Assembly: GCA_964016885.1 (NCBI GenBank)
Contig: OZ024741.1
Location: 145,328,001 to 145,392,000 of the forward strand
DNA: 64,000 nucleotides
Source of the DNA: Eledone cirrhosa
Lineage: Eukaryota
Direction: 5' to 3'
Part shown: positions 41,792-54,439 of the stretch, in pieces
Layout of the letters: the number at the start of each line of letters is the position of its first letter
Numbering within the stretch: position 1 is the first letter of the stretch
Position numbers and translations under genes: made by a program
Notes under the pieces: model-generated
What the model was told of the DNA's origin: nothing
What the model saw: only the letters and a program-made list of their open reading frames with translations
The model's database searches: none

Positions 41792-42819
41792 CATACACAT
41801 ATATATATATATATATACACACAAACATATACTTGCTGTGTTCCTTTTTTGATGTCTATTTTCAGTATATATTCCAACTATCTACCATCTATCTACTTAT
41901 TTCAATTTTCATCTTTTTATCTTCTGTTAAGTCTTCTATGTTATTTCTCTTAGCCGAATTATTCCCTTGAATTATTCTCTTTGTGGATGATGTGTTGTTA
42001 TGGAATGGATTTTTTAATTTAATTTATTGCTTAGTTTAAATGGAGGTCAGTGCCTGTGATACAGTTTAGTGCCTCCATGAATGATGGAAGAAGGGACACT
42101 TCACAGTTTTTATGACTGATAGAGTGGGTTCAGTGTTTTTGGTGCATTTCACAGCAACCATGACTGATGGAGGGAAGGCATTGCTTTTGGCGTACTTCAT
42201 AGCCTCCAAGACTGATGGTTCATTTCACAGCATATATGACCAATAAACATACTACAAACATTTACAAATCCATTTTCAGATTTTTCTGCTAAATCATTAC
42301 AAGATGTTAGAAAATAGTATTCTGAATTAAAATCTCGCTAAGGGTAACTTTGCCTTTCATCATATAGTACCAGTCAAATGCTTAGGTCAATTTAATCAAC
42401 TGTCCCTTCCACCAAAATTATTAACCTTTTGCCTAAATGTGAAAAAACCCATTATTACTCCCTCCCAAATTGACTTCTTGTTGTTTAATTCATCTTTATT
42501 AATGCTTGTCTATACATTGGCTCTTTTATGAAGCATACATCTCTTCTATTCCCATATTCTTAGACTTGAAATTTTACAAGACTCCAATAACTATATTATC
42601 TTATATACATGTGTGCAGGCATGGATGTGTAGTGAAGGATTTTGCTTCACAACCATGTAGTTTTGGGTCCAGTCACACAGCATGTTACATTGGTCATGTG
42701 TATTCTACTAAAGTTTTAGGTTTATCAATGCCTAGTAAATGAAATTTGGCAGATGTAAACAGTAGTGAAGCTTGTATGTATGTATGTACGTCTCTCACTT
42801 GACAAAAGAAAATCTTTAT

Positions 42820-43264
42820 TGGATGGCCTGAGTTCCTCTGCCATTTAACAGGTCTTGTTCTTCATCCTGCAGGGTGTCCCAAATCACCATCCTCACTAAG
42901 TAAGCTTAGTGGGGTTGCCAGTTTAGTTGTCAAATAACCTGACTATGCACAGGTTGAATTGGATCTCTCTAGAAGGTCACTCTGATATAAAACCTGCAAC
43001 TTCGTTTGCATCCAATGATGTAGAATAGTTCTTCTTTTTGGTCAAATTCATTTGATGTTCACAGACTGGGATTAGCACCGTGCAAAGCCTTTCCTCACTT
43101 AATAAAGCTTCAAGCCCAGGCATTGCTTGATATGTGACTTTTTTGTGATGCATGATATTGCTGGCAATAGGTAAGTCCCTAGCAGGATTAGAAAGCCATG
43201 TCTGTGATGCTCATACTTAACTATCAAGCAATGGCATTACTCGAAATCAAGTTGCAGCCATCAT
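42820..43264. mobile_element. Non-autonomous RTE-like element with inverted 5' part
   Basis: About 42830-42963 is the family 5' end on minus; about 42965-43264 is the body and 3' end on plus. Confidence 0.7.
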
Positions 43265-43280
43265 GTATATATATATATAT

Positions 43281-44492
43281 AGAAAGAAAATAAGGCGGCG
43301 GTCCCCTCCGGGAAGTGGCCATGCGCAGAGTGTAGGAAAGGCGTAGGTAGAAATTCCATTTTGTGTCCCAAATGCAAAGTTTGGGTGCATAAAAGTTGTA
43401 GTGGGATCACAGGTAAGCTAACTAAGAACATAGATTTTACATGTGGCCGGTGTTCTGGGGCAATAAGTAGCAGCAAGTGCCCACAAAATACTAGCTCTTT
43501 CAACTGCGCAGAGGGTTCTATAGAAATAGTGGACAGCTTCCGTTACCTGGGTGACAAAATCAGCAGTGGGGGAGGGTGCTCTGAAAGTACAGTAGCTAGA
43601 GTCAGAACTGGGTGGAAAAAGTTCAGAGAGCTTATACCACTATTAGCCGCTAAAGGGTTCTCCCTAAAAATGAAAGGCAGGCTGTACGATGCCTGCATAC
43701 GAACAGCAATGTTGCATGGCAGTGAGACCTGGGCATTGTGTGCAGAGGATATACGCAGACTAGAGAGAAACGAAGCTTGCATGCTCCGCTGGATGTGTAA
43801 TAGTAATATACGTGAACGACAAAGCATAAACGAACTAAGGAAAAAATTAGAAATAAGAGGGATCAGATGTTGTTTACTAGAGAGAAGGCTACGTTGGTAT
43901 GGTCACGTGATGCGCATGAAGGACGATAGCTGTATAACAAAGTGCAGGGCAATAAAGATAGACGGTAGCCACGGAATAGGCAGACCCAGAAAAACCTGGG
44001 ACGAGCTGATAAACTCCGACCTCACACACTTACACCTCACCAAGACAATGTCACTGGACCGAGACCTTTGGCGGTACTCAGTAATAGAGAAGACCCGCCT
44101 TACCTAAATACAAAGTAAAACCTACTACAGTCAGTAGGCATCTCTAACAAAATACACCCCCGTCCCACCACCCCCACCCCATCCACACCGCCCCCTTCTA
44201 TGTAAAGTTATGTTGGTGCCACACCATCCAGGCCGAAACAAATGAGATCGTGTAGGTGTCACGACAAAAAAACACACAGTCCACGCTGTAATGTGGCCGT
44301 GTAGGCAACACGGTAAAAACCTCCCAGACCCACACTGTAAATGTGGTTGATGTTAGGAAGGGCATCCAACTGTAGAAAACCTGCCAGACAGTCCTATGTG
44401 AGCAAGACAATCAGTCTTGCCTCAAGTGGGAAAACCCCCGTCCAAACCCATGCAAGCGTGGAACATGGACGTTTAAACGTTGATGATGATGA

Positions 44493-44496
<4 letters not shown>
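43281..44496 (+). mobile_element. RTE-clade LINE 3' part
   Basis: ORF 43361..44107 from the PHD finger to the C-terminus; (GAT)n tail. Confidence 0.95.
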
Positions 44497-44547
<51 letters not shown>

Positions 44548-45026
44548 GATATATGTACATGCACACACACATATATATATAGTATCTATAATGTATATAA
44601 TATACATATATATGTGTGTGCGTGTATGTACAAGTGTATGTGTCTGCCCGTGTTCCTTCATTATTTGTTCATATTCCATAACTTAACAATAAGACCAGTT
44701 CATCAAGTACTGGGGTTGATATTTTGATAAACTAAAATCCCCTCAAGGCAGTGCCCCCATATGGCCACAGTCTAATAACTGAAACCAGTAAATGAATAGA
44801 GAAGAAAAATGAATAAAAAAAGAATCGTCCTTTAATTCAGTTAATCAAAGAAAAGTAAAATTCCCAATGATGATTTCAAATATATTTTTCTTGCTGCTTA
44901 TTTCTCAATAGTTTCTGATTAGTTCCATCTGTAAGTTTAGTAAATATATATAATATTTTGCTCCCTTTTATGTCCTCAAGCAAATACAAAAAAGTGAAAT
45001 CATCTTACATATATCTAAGCAGTCTT

Positions 45027-45077
<51 letters not shown>

Positions 45078-45128
45078 GTACATATATATATATGTATATA
45101 TATATATGTGAGTGTATGTGAATATATG

Positions 45129-45162
<34 letters not shown>

Positions 45163-46332
45163 GTATCAATATCATGTAAAAGTTTCCTAACCTCTAATGA
45201 GAATATTCAAATTGGCAAATGGACTTCTTTTCTTCAAGTTGCTCTAGTATTTTCTTCAATATTTCTTCTTTTTCTTTTCTTCTCCTGTTTCTTTGTATAT
45301 TTTTTCACTTTTTATTGTGGTTGAGGTGCTGAATAAGATCTAACAAACAACATAATATTGCTCCCAATGGCTCTAGTGTGTCAGTGGTGAGTCAAAAGAA
45401 AAAATTTATAAATAGAACATTTATGAATGCACATAAATAATCCCCCTCATCCTCATCCTCATAATCCCCACCACCACCTTCTCTTCTTCTTCATCTTCCT
45501 AATTTGAGTAACAAAGAAGAAGGAAAAGTACAAAATCCAGAAGTATGGTGTAATTATTGAAATAAAAAGTGAAATGTACTGCCTTAGGTGGCCTGCTATG
45601 AGTTTGCATTTCATTAGTGACTTCTTTGGTATTTAATGAGAGCAGCCTCAGTCCTATTTTGTTCAAAAGCACAATGAATCATCTGGCCCAGGAATCAAAC
45701 CAATGACATTAGTATCAGAAATCTAATATCCTAAACACTAAGCTATGAGCTTTCATCTATTGCAATGCTGAAATATTTCTCTGAATAGTAATGGAGAGTA
45801 AGCTCATCTTTATTTTTATATATATATATATTATTGGACAATAAGTTACATGAATACACCATTCACTGTACAAGAAAGAAAAGCATTTATTACATAATGT
45901 TTACATGTTTCATTAATATGTGAAATTATTACATCTATAAAACGCTAATCGCGAGAAAATATTAGGATAACTCAATCTCCATTATGCTCACAATATCTTC
46001 ACACATCAACATATCAAAACAGAATAATGACTTGAATTGACCATGGTAACATATAAAGAGACGGGACATGCCAATAGGAGAAGAAGGAGAAGAAGGAGAA
46101 GGTATAGTAAGTACAATAGGAATATGCATGCATAGACAAAAAATATTTACTTATTGTCCAATTATAATTACTGCATGGATTATCGATTATGGTACCTATG
46201 GAATATCATCCTTAGAGCAACTTCGAGTGGAAATTCATATGTTGAGTCAAAAACAAATGTATGCTGACACAGTCCTTGATCCATGTTAGTGGGATTCATC
46301 AATTGAAATAACGGAAATGGATTACTAATATA

Positions 46333-46371
<39 letters not shown>

Positions 46372-46486
46372 GAGAGAGAGAGAGAGAGGGGGCACACGGG
46401 CGAAGGATTCAAGAGCACCCGCTTTGTCCATTCCCTTGTCGATTCAATTTGGATTGCCCCAGGAACATAACCTTATTATGTAAGAA

Positions 46487-46561
46487 GCTGTCTGATGATG
46501 CCACGGCACTGGGTACATTGAATCGTGTGGTTGTTGTTGCCATTGAAATACGTATCACAAC
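46487..46561 (+). ncRNA. Minimal type I hammerhead (degenerate stem II) in a PLE-like 3' end (about 46390-46690)
   Basis: gctgt CTGATGA ...44 nt... GAAA tacgta TC acaac; palindromic stem III. Confidence 0.65.
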
Positions 46562-46688
46562 ATTATCATTAAAGAACCTTAATATCTGAAACTACTTCGC
46601 ATTTTTTTATTCTAAATATACTCTGTCACTCCTATGTGGAAAAAGTAATTTGAGTGCTTGAATTGAATTGCATCAATGTTTACTGTAA

Positions 46689-46729
<41 letters not shown>

Positions 46730-47040
46730 TAAACGGAATAGAAAATGCTGACAAATTGTTCACAGTGAAAATAATTTAATTAGGAATAAATGAGAATTAG
46801 TAATTGTATTGGTTAGTATTCAGTTTTGGTTTTAAGTTTTACCGGTTGCGCATTTCTAAATGCTTTTCAAAAATAATTTTGAGATAGAGCGTCCGTGATG
46901 TTTGCTCTGATCTGATTAGTTTTGGGAATTCTACCTGTTTTGATGTTAAAAAAGTGGCTCCAGCGCTATTAAAATTGGTTTTTGCGACAATTCGTGTTGC
47001 AAAAATTCTTGTGGTCAAAACAATTTTGATTGGTCGGTAA

Positions 47041-47898
47041 TATCTTCCTTTCAACTCTTGCCACCCTAGACACGTTAAAATTAATATTCCCTACAACTTA
47101 GCCAAGAGAATCTGTACTATAGTCTCCAATAAAAACACCTGCTACTTACCGCTACAAGAACTAAAGGACACACTCATAGGCAGGGACTACCCTGCATCAC
47201 TAATTGACAATAGAATCCAACGTGCCCTAAAACTCAGTACCCAGGACCTTAGACACCCTAAAGTAAATCAACCGAAACTAAAAGCTCTTCTATACATCTC
47301 CACACACAACCCCCTCAACAATGAGGCCTTTGACACCATCCTCCAGAACATCCCTGTGTTGAAAAAGGACCATAGAATGAAGCAAATCCTACGAACACAC
47401 GATATCATAAAGAGCAAAAGACAATCTAAGTCAATGAAAAACATCCTAACACATGCCAAAGTACTGCCAACCACAACAACGAAACCCACAGTAAAAAAAT
47501 GCGATAGACCCAACTGTGGCATTTGCATCAACCTAATAGAGGGTTCGGAATTCTATTTCAAAGAAGGACAACGTTTTATAGTAAAACACAATTTCACATG
47601 TGCATCGGAAAATCTAATATATGTATTAACTTGCTCAGGTTGTCGAGAACAATACATAGGCCAGACCCAAAACAGCCTCCGCCAACGCATGACTGTCCAT
47701 AGATCCCAAAGTAAAATACGGGAATACAGGAAAATACCACTGAGTGAACACATTGATACCTGTGCTGCCCAAAATCATCCCAACTTCAGAATCTTTCCCC
47801 TCTACAAATTTAAAGATAATGCCACCCACACCCAGCGCATCAGCAAGGAATCTTACTTTATTAACAAATACGGACCCCGTCTAAACACTTCTCCCTAA
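47041..47898 (+). CDS. PLE RT thumb + Zn knuckle + GIY-YIG endonuclease (partial, open frame)
   Basis: YLPFNSCHPRHVKINIPYNLAKRICTIVS..KCDRPNCGIC..CASENLIYVLTCSGCREQYIGQT..RQRMTVH..ESYFINKY.PRLN. Confidence 0.9.
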   Translation, partial: YLPFNSCHPRHVKINIPYNLAKRICTIVSNKNTCYLPLQELKDTLIGRDYPASLIDNRIQRALKLSTQDLRHPKVNQPKLKALLYISTHNPLNNEAFDTILQNIPVLKKDHRMKQILRTHDIIKSKRQSKSMKNILTHAKVLPTTTTKPTVKKCDRPNCGICINLIEGSEFYFKEGQRFIVKHNFTCASENLIYVLTCSGCREQYIGQTQNSLRQRMTVHRSQSKIREYRKIPLSEHIDTCAAQNHPNFRIFPLYKFKDNATHTQRISKESYFINKYGPRLNTSP

Positions 47899-48198
47899 GA
47901 CGAACCCACAACATACACACGTCAACATACATACCTACATCAGCACACATCTCTACCCACATATAAACACAATGACATACGTAAACACACATGTTCTATG
48001 GTGCAACACAAATATATATATATATATATATAGTGAATATATGTATATATATATATATATAGTGAATATCATTTCACACCTTTTATTGTTAAGGTTTTTG
48101 ATGTTCTATTGAGAGAATCGATTTTACTGAAAATATCGAATAATGTACACCATTTTACCAGGGAAAAAAATACTGGTCCACCCACACACACACACCAT

Positions 48199-48243
<45 letters not shown>

Positions 48244-48317
48244 TATATATATACACACACACATACACACGCCTTCATTAACATACAAAGAGACTTATAC
48301 ACACACACACACACACA

Positions 48318-48559
48318 CACTTCTCCGTATAAGACAAGAGCTGAAAAATATCTTTTAACATGTTAAAATATGCCTCACTCACTTACAGACACATTCCTAC
48401 TGACCATCCCTCTACCACGAATTACTCTGCTACACACACACACACCCACTTCTCCGTATAAGACAAGAGCTGAAAAATATCTTTTGACATGTCAAAATAT
48501 CCCTCACTCACTTACAGGCACATTCCTACTGACCATCCCTCTACCACGAATTACTCTGC

Positions 48560-48563
<4 letters not shown>
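48318..48563. repeat. ~128-bp tandem duplication in the PLE 3' UTR
   Basis: cacttctccgtataagacaagagctg..attactctgcta twice. Confidence 0.85.
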
Positions 48564-48651
<88 letters not shown>

Positions 48652-48996
48652 TCTTAATAGGCATTTGAACTGTCAACAGGCTGCGGTTCGCACACACATC
48701 CCTGCTAACCATTATCACAACAACGAACACTTTACTACTACTACACACACACACACACACACATATTTATTGTGAAAGAGTCATTTCTCAGTCTTGGCGC
48801 AAAATCAATTTTTTACATTCACATGACCTCTACCGACCAATCAAAATTGTTTTGACCACAAGAATTTTTGCAACACGAATTGTCGCAAAAACCAATTTTA
48901 ATAGCGCTGGAGCCACTTTTTTAACATCAAAACAGGTAGAATTCCCAAAACTAATCAGATCAGAGCAAACATCACGGACGCTCTATCTCAAAATTA

Positions 48997-49033
48997 TTTT
49001 TGAAAAGCATTTAGAAATGCGCAACCGGTAAAA
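48997..49033 (+). ncRNA. Degenerate hammerhead-like motif (U3:A8, GCAA); mirrored at about 46837-46874 (-)
   Basis: ttt TTGAAAA gcattt-ag-aaatgc GCAA ccgg TA aaa. Confidence 0.4.
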
Positions 49034-49180
49034 CTTAAAACCAAAACTGAATACTAACCAATACAATTACTAATTCTCATTTATTCCTAATCAAACTATT
49101 TTTCACTGTGAACAATTTGTCAGCATTTCCTATTCCGTTTACCAATATATAATAACTTGTGTGTTACACCTCTATTCTTT

Positions 49181-49220
<40 letters not shown>

Positions 49221-49370
49221 GAGGTTATATTTAATTTGTTGGGATACAACAAGCAAAATATTTTTATAACTGATATAAATTATCGGAGTAAATATACAGG
49301 AGATTCCAACCAGAATGGTTGCATTTTTTAAGGGTATGTCAATATTTATTTATAAAACTAAACTATATTA

Positions 49371-49436
49371 TATTTTATCTGATGAAAGCGCACCATAGTT
49401 TGCTCTGGTGGCCCTTGAAATATGTATAATGAAATA
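49371..49436 (+). ncRNA. Minimal type I hammerhead, same family as 12901-12965
   Basis: tattttat CTGATGA aagcgcacca..tggtggccctt GAAA tatgta TA atgaaata. Confidence 0.82.
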
Positions 49437-49474
49437 AATATGGTTTTATAAATATAGTTTCCATTTGTTAATAT

Positions 49475-49505
<31 letters not shown>

Positions 49506-49596
49506 ACTGAAGTAAAAGTTAAGGGGAAATATCCAGGAGTAAGAGCACTCAGTCCATAGGACGAGTTTAGTATAAATAATTACAGCAGTGACATAA

Positions 49597-49646
49597 ACAG
49601 GTACTCAAGTTTTGTTGGGTTCTGGGCCCCAATTCATTCAGCCTGT
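49597..49646 (-). ncRNA. Hammerhead with extra core nucleotide (CUGAAUGA), G12 mutated
   Basis: acagg CTGAATGA attggg..cccaac AAAA cttgag TA cctgt; homolog at 63357-63406. Confidence 0.6.
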
Positions 49647-50037
49647 CATGAGAAAAATAAAAATGAAGATGGCCATCTATGGTTGATCGTGCTTTCTCTA
49701 TAGGGATATAACAGAAGAGCTTATGCAGGGGCAGTTAATTTAGAAAAAAAGTATAGAAAAAAGGGTTATTTTTAAAAATAGGGTAAGATACAAAATTGAC
49801 TGTGGTCTCTCAAGAGTTATCTCCCTGTATCTTACCCTATTTTTTAAAATAACCCCTTTTTCTATACTTGACCATATAGTTGACCATAATGTGATAGTAG
49901 GAAAAGCACTCTATGTAATACAGCTCATTCATCTTTAATGTTGAATCCTGTTAGTGGTGCAGGAACAGAGTAAATTATTATTGAATAAAATGACAGGAGG
50001 CTGGACTGGTGAAATTCCTTCAAAATTTTATTTTTGC

Positions 50038-50100
50038 AAATACTATATACATTTCAGTAGCCAGGTTACCCAGAATCCTGGTGACATCATCAGGTCACTT
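50038..50100 (-). ncRNA. Degenerate minimal type I hammerhead
   Basis: aagtgac CTGATGA tgtcaccagg..cctggctact GAAA tgtata TA gtattt; AATAAA follows. Confidence 0.6.
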
Positions 50101-50109
50101 TATTCAATA

Positions 50110-52294
50110 TCATGATCGTTTCACGTCCATGTTCCACGCTTGCATGGGTTTGGACGGGAGTTTTCCCACTTGAGGCAAGAGTGGTTGTCTTGCTCGCATA
50201 GGACTGTCTGGCGGGTTTTCCACAGCTGGATGCCCTTCCTAACACCAACCACATTTACAGTGTGGGGCTGGGAGGTTTTTACCGTGTTGCCTACACGGCC
50301 ACATTACAGCGTGGACTGTCTGGCGGGTTTTCTACAGCTGGATGCCCTTCCTAACACCAACCACATTTACAGTGTGGGGCTGGGAGGTTTTTACCGTGTT
50401 GCCTACACGGCCACATTACAGCGTGGACTGTGTTTTTTTTTTGTCGTGACACCTACACGATCTCATTTGTTTCGGCCTGGATGTTGTGGCACCAACATAA
50501 CTTTACATTGAAAGGGGCGGTGTGGATGGGGTGGGGGTGGTGGGACGGGGGTGTATTTTGTTAGAGATGCCTACTGATGTAGTAGGTTTTACTTTGTATT
50601 TAGGTAAGGTGGGTCTTCTCTATTACTGAGTACCGCCAAAGGTCTCGGTCCAGTGACATTGTCTTGGAGAGGTGTAAGTGTGTGAGGTCGGAATTTATCA
50701 GCTCGTCCCAGGTTTTTCTGGGTCTGCCTACTCCGTGGCTACCATCTATCTTTATTGCTCTGCACTTTGCTATACAGCTGTCGTCTTTCATGCGCATCAC
50801 GTGACCATACCAACGTAGCCTTCTCTCGAGTAAACAACATCTGATCCCTCTTATTTCTAATTTTTTCCTTAGTTCGTTTATGCTTTGCCGTTCACGTATA
50901 TTACTATTACACATCCAGCGGAGCATGCAAGCTTCGTTCCTCTCTAGTCTGTGTATATCCTCTGCACACAATGCCCAGGTCTCACTGCCATGCAACATTG
51001 CTGTTCGTATGCAGGCATCATACAACCTGCCTTTCATTTTTAGGGAGAACCCTTTAGCGGCTAATAGTGGTATAAGCTCTCTGAACTTTTTCCATCCAGT
51101 TCTGACTCTAGCTACTGTACTTTCAGAGCACCCTCCCCCACTGCTGATTTTGTCACCCAGGTAACGGAAGCTGTCCACTATTTCTATAGAACCCTCTGCG
51201 CAATTGAAAGAGCTAGTATTTTGTGGGCACTTGCTGCTACTTATTGCACCAGAGCACCGGCCACATGTAAAATCTGTGTTCTTAGTTAGCTTACCTGTGA
51301 TCCCACTACATCTTTTATGCACCCATACTTTGCATTTGGGACATAAAATGGAGTTTCTACCTACGCCTTTCCTACACACTGAGCATGGCCATTTCCCGGA
51401 AGGGACCGGCGCCTTATTTTCTTTCCTACAAACTAGAACTTTAGTCTTAGCCAGGTTAATTTTAAGGCCTTTTGATTCTAGGCCGTGCTTCCATGTTTGG
51501 AATTTCTTCTCTAGCTCGGCCATTGATTCAGCTATGAGCGTTAGGTCATCTGTGTATAGGAGTTCCCATGGGCAGCCGGTCTTGCACTCCTCTGTTATAG
51601 CCTGAAGAGCAATAATGAATAGTAGGGGGCTAAGAACAGAGCCCTGATGGACACCAACTTTTACGCTAAACTCTTCACTATATTCGTTGTTAATTCTAAC
51701 CTTGCTCACTGTTTCTTTATACATGGCTTGTATAGCTCTCACAAGCCATTCGTCAACACCTAGTTTTCTAAGAGCCCACCAGATAATGGAACGGGGGACT
51801 CTGTCGAAGGCTTTCTCCAAGTCGACAAAGGCTAAGTATAGGGGTTTACTTTTAGCTAGGTACTTCTCCTGTAGTTGTCGTACAATGAAAAGAGCGTCTG
51901 TGGTACTTTTGCCTGACACAAACCCGAACTGCATTTCATCTAGATCGATTCTCTCTCTGATTAGTTGCACTATTACTTTTTCCGTGACCTTCATGACCTG
52001 GTCGATTAATTTAATCCCTCTATAGTTACTCCTATCTAGGGCGTCTCCTTTACCCCTGTAACAGTTAATGATGATGCTGCTACGCCAGTCCTTCGGAACA
52101 ACCCCATTCTGTATGACTTGGTTTACTATCCGGGTGACCATGGTGTGTCCCACCGTTCCAGAGGCCTTCAGCATCTCAGCAACTATTTCCGAAGGCCCAG
52201 CCGCCTTACCCGTCTTCATATCTTTGATTGCCTTACTTATTATACTAGCTTCAACTAACACTGCTGGTCCCTCTATTGGATCGATCTGGGGTCA
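50110..52294 (-). mobile_element. RTE-clade LINE, 5'-truncated; ~112-bp duplication in the 3' UTR
   Basis: ORF 50600..52261 (YTDD in place of YADD), PHD finger; ggactgtctggcggg.. repeated at 50201 and 50313. Confidence 0.96.
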
Positions 52295-52352
52295 ATAATA
52301 TATATATATAATTCTCATTGTCATTAGAATCGATACCTTAGAAAATAATATA

Positions 52353-52542
52353 TTGTTTCTACAATAGGCACAAGGCCAGCAATTATTCCAGTTTATTACT
52401 GGTACTTTATTTTATCGACCCCCGTTAGGATGAAAGGCAAAGTTAACCTCGACGGCATTTGAACTTAGAATGGCAAGGGCCGTAACTCTATGCGTCAAAG
52501 CATGGCATCCGACCCTCTACCGATACTGCCAATTCACCGCCC
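52353..52542 (-). mobile_element. SINE family 1 with TSD
   Basis: Reverse complement of 6005-6193; flanking ccttagaaa(a/t)taatatattg. Confidence 0.88.
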
Positions 52543-52809
52543 TTAGAAATTAATATATTGATACCTTAGAAAATAATATATTGCCAGTAGTATATACCTG
52601 AAGATGCATGGCCCAATGATTTGGGTGTTGAGTTCATGACTGTAAAGGCATGGGTGCATTTTCTGAACCAAGCAGCAAGGTGTGTCCTCAAGCATGACAT
52701 TTCATTTCATGCTGCTTCAATCCACTTAGATGAAAAATGCATATCAGGAGCAACAGCAGCAAATGATTCATCCTGCAACTGACTGGAATCCTGGCCAGTG
52801 TATAACTGC

Positions 52810-53764
52810 CTATATGTTTCAGTTAATTTTGAAAATTTGGGGGAATTTAATAAAATAACTAAGTTTTCCATTTGTATGCTGATGTTTAGAACATTACTTC
52901 AAAAGATAATTCTAAAATATGCATTCTCAAATGGCTCGATCAAATCAAATCAAATTTTACAAGGCAATAGTACTAGATCCCGGGATTAACAACATATAAT
53001 TTTTATTTTCATTTGGATTAAAACAATATAACCTTTTATCTAAAATATTCTACTATAAACTATAAGTAAACAACATTTTATAACACAACGACGACGTCAC
53101 ATTTTGTATATGAGGGTGTAAATCCGTGAATTTGTGTGTTTGCATATTTATTACATAAGTTAGGCTTTAGTAAGTTACATACACATACATCTTCATGTAA
53201 ATATTTAATCAGATACACAGAGAATTAAACACACACACACACATCTACACATACATATGAGATGACTGACAAGTATATGTGTGTGGGTGTATGTGAGGTT
53301 GAATTTAAGAGGCTTCAGTTACCAGTCAAACTAAGTTTTGTTATTTCAATTAGCAAATCTCAGGGTGAATCCCTCAAGGTAGTTGGACTTGATCTCTCTA
53401 CTATTTGTTTCTCCCACGGTCAAATCCGTGTTGGTTGCTCACGAGTTGGAAACAGCACCAATTTATTCATTTGGATGCCAACAAAAAATTGCACAATGAA
53501 TATTGTTTACCCTGAGATGCTTCAAGATTGACAGATTTTCTTTTCTAAATTCTATTATCATTACAATTTTGATATTTTTTAATAAAATGTAGATATTTTG
53601 AAATGATTATGAGAGAAAAAAAATAACTAACAACTAGTTATAATTGACTGAATACAATAAATGTAATCTGAGTTTTTTGAATATTAATAATAATATTCGT
53701 TTGCATGTTTACTAATCTGAATAAGAACAGCAGTAATCTGGGCAACATCGGGTCATTCAGCTAG
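52810..53764 (+). mobile_element. Non-autonomous Helitron with PIF1-type helicase C-terminal remnant (5' boundary approximate)
   Basis: FKRLQLPVKLSFVISISKSQGESL..VGLDL..CFSHGQ..CSRVG..NIVYPE (53300-53531); 3' hairpin-like ctgggcaacatcgg then CTAG|T at 53761-53765. Confidence 0.85.
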
Positions 53765-54218
53765 TATTTAATATAATGGTAAACATTTTATTGTAAATCA
53801 AAGGAAGTTTCAGGTGGTTTAGTAACAAAAGATTTAACAATAGTATAAGTGTATGAATACAATCCTCTATATTGTCTGTGTTATATTAATGTAATAAATG
53901 ATATATTTATCATAAACCAGTAAAAGAATAAAGAATAAACAAATAATACTAACATCGCTTGGGTTTGGCAAATCTCTTGATTGGTTTTAGTGTTAATTAG
54001 TTCATTATGTATTATATTTAACTTTTGTTTTAAATGATAAAAGTAAAATAGAAAAATATTTCTCAAGATTTTGGTCATATTTATTTCAGACATACTATCG
54101 ACATTTAGTAAATTAGCCCTTTTTAAAACGAACATCCCCTAATTTTATGGTACAAAATTGTGTTTTAAAGTGTTTAAATTTATCTCAAAACCTTCATCAT
54201 TTTATATAAGGATCTATC

Positions 54219-54427
54219 TTAACCATTTTGTTACCAACCAGACCAAAACGAGTCTTGATTTTATGAAACAAAACCCCCTTTTTAAATGTTATCCCATTTC
54301 AATTCAAATCTTCCAGCATAATTCTATATAAGAACCTTTTGATAAATTACTATTTTAGTAATAAAATAATTGATGATTTTATTGAAATAGAGTGTATTTC
54401 ATTAGAGCTACAGTCACAAAAGTGTTA
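54219..54427. mobile_element. Degenerate TTAA-flanked MITE
   Basis: ttaaccattttgttaccaacc..cacaaaagtgtta; similar to 13957-14173. Confidence 0.5.
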
Positions 54428-54439
54428 GTTGAGAAATTG

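Larger units (their letters stand above)
46726..49184 (+). mobile_element. Neptune-like Penelope element, 5'-truncated, with inverted pLTR and 3' tail
   Basis: 46726-47039 is the reverse complement of 48831-49145; ~38-nt tail only at the right end; (TA)n both sides. Confidence 0.9.

Noticed and set aside
45896-46016. Minus-strand GTGAAGA...GAAA catg TA
   Set aside because: C3 lost and stems weak; possibly a decayed hammerhead but not supportable
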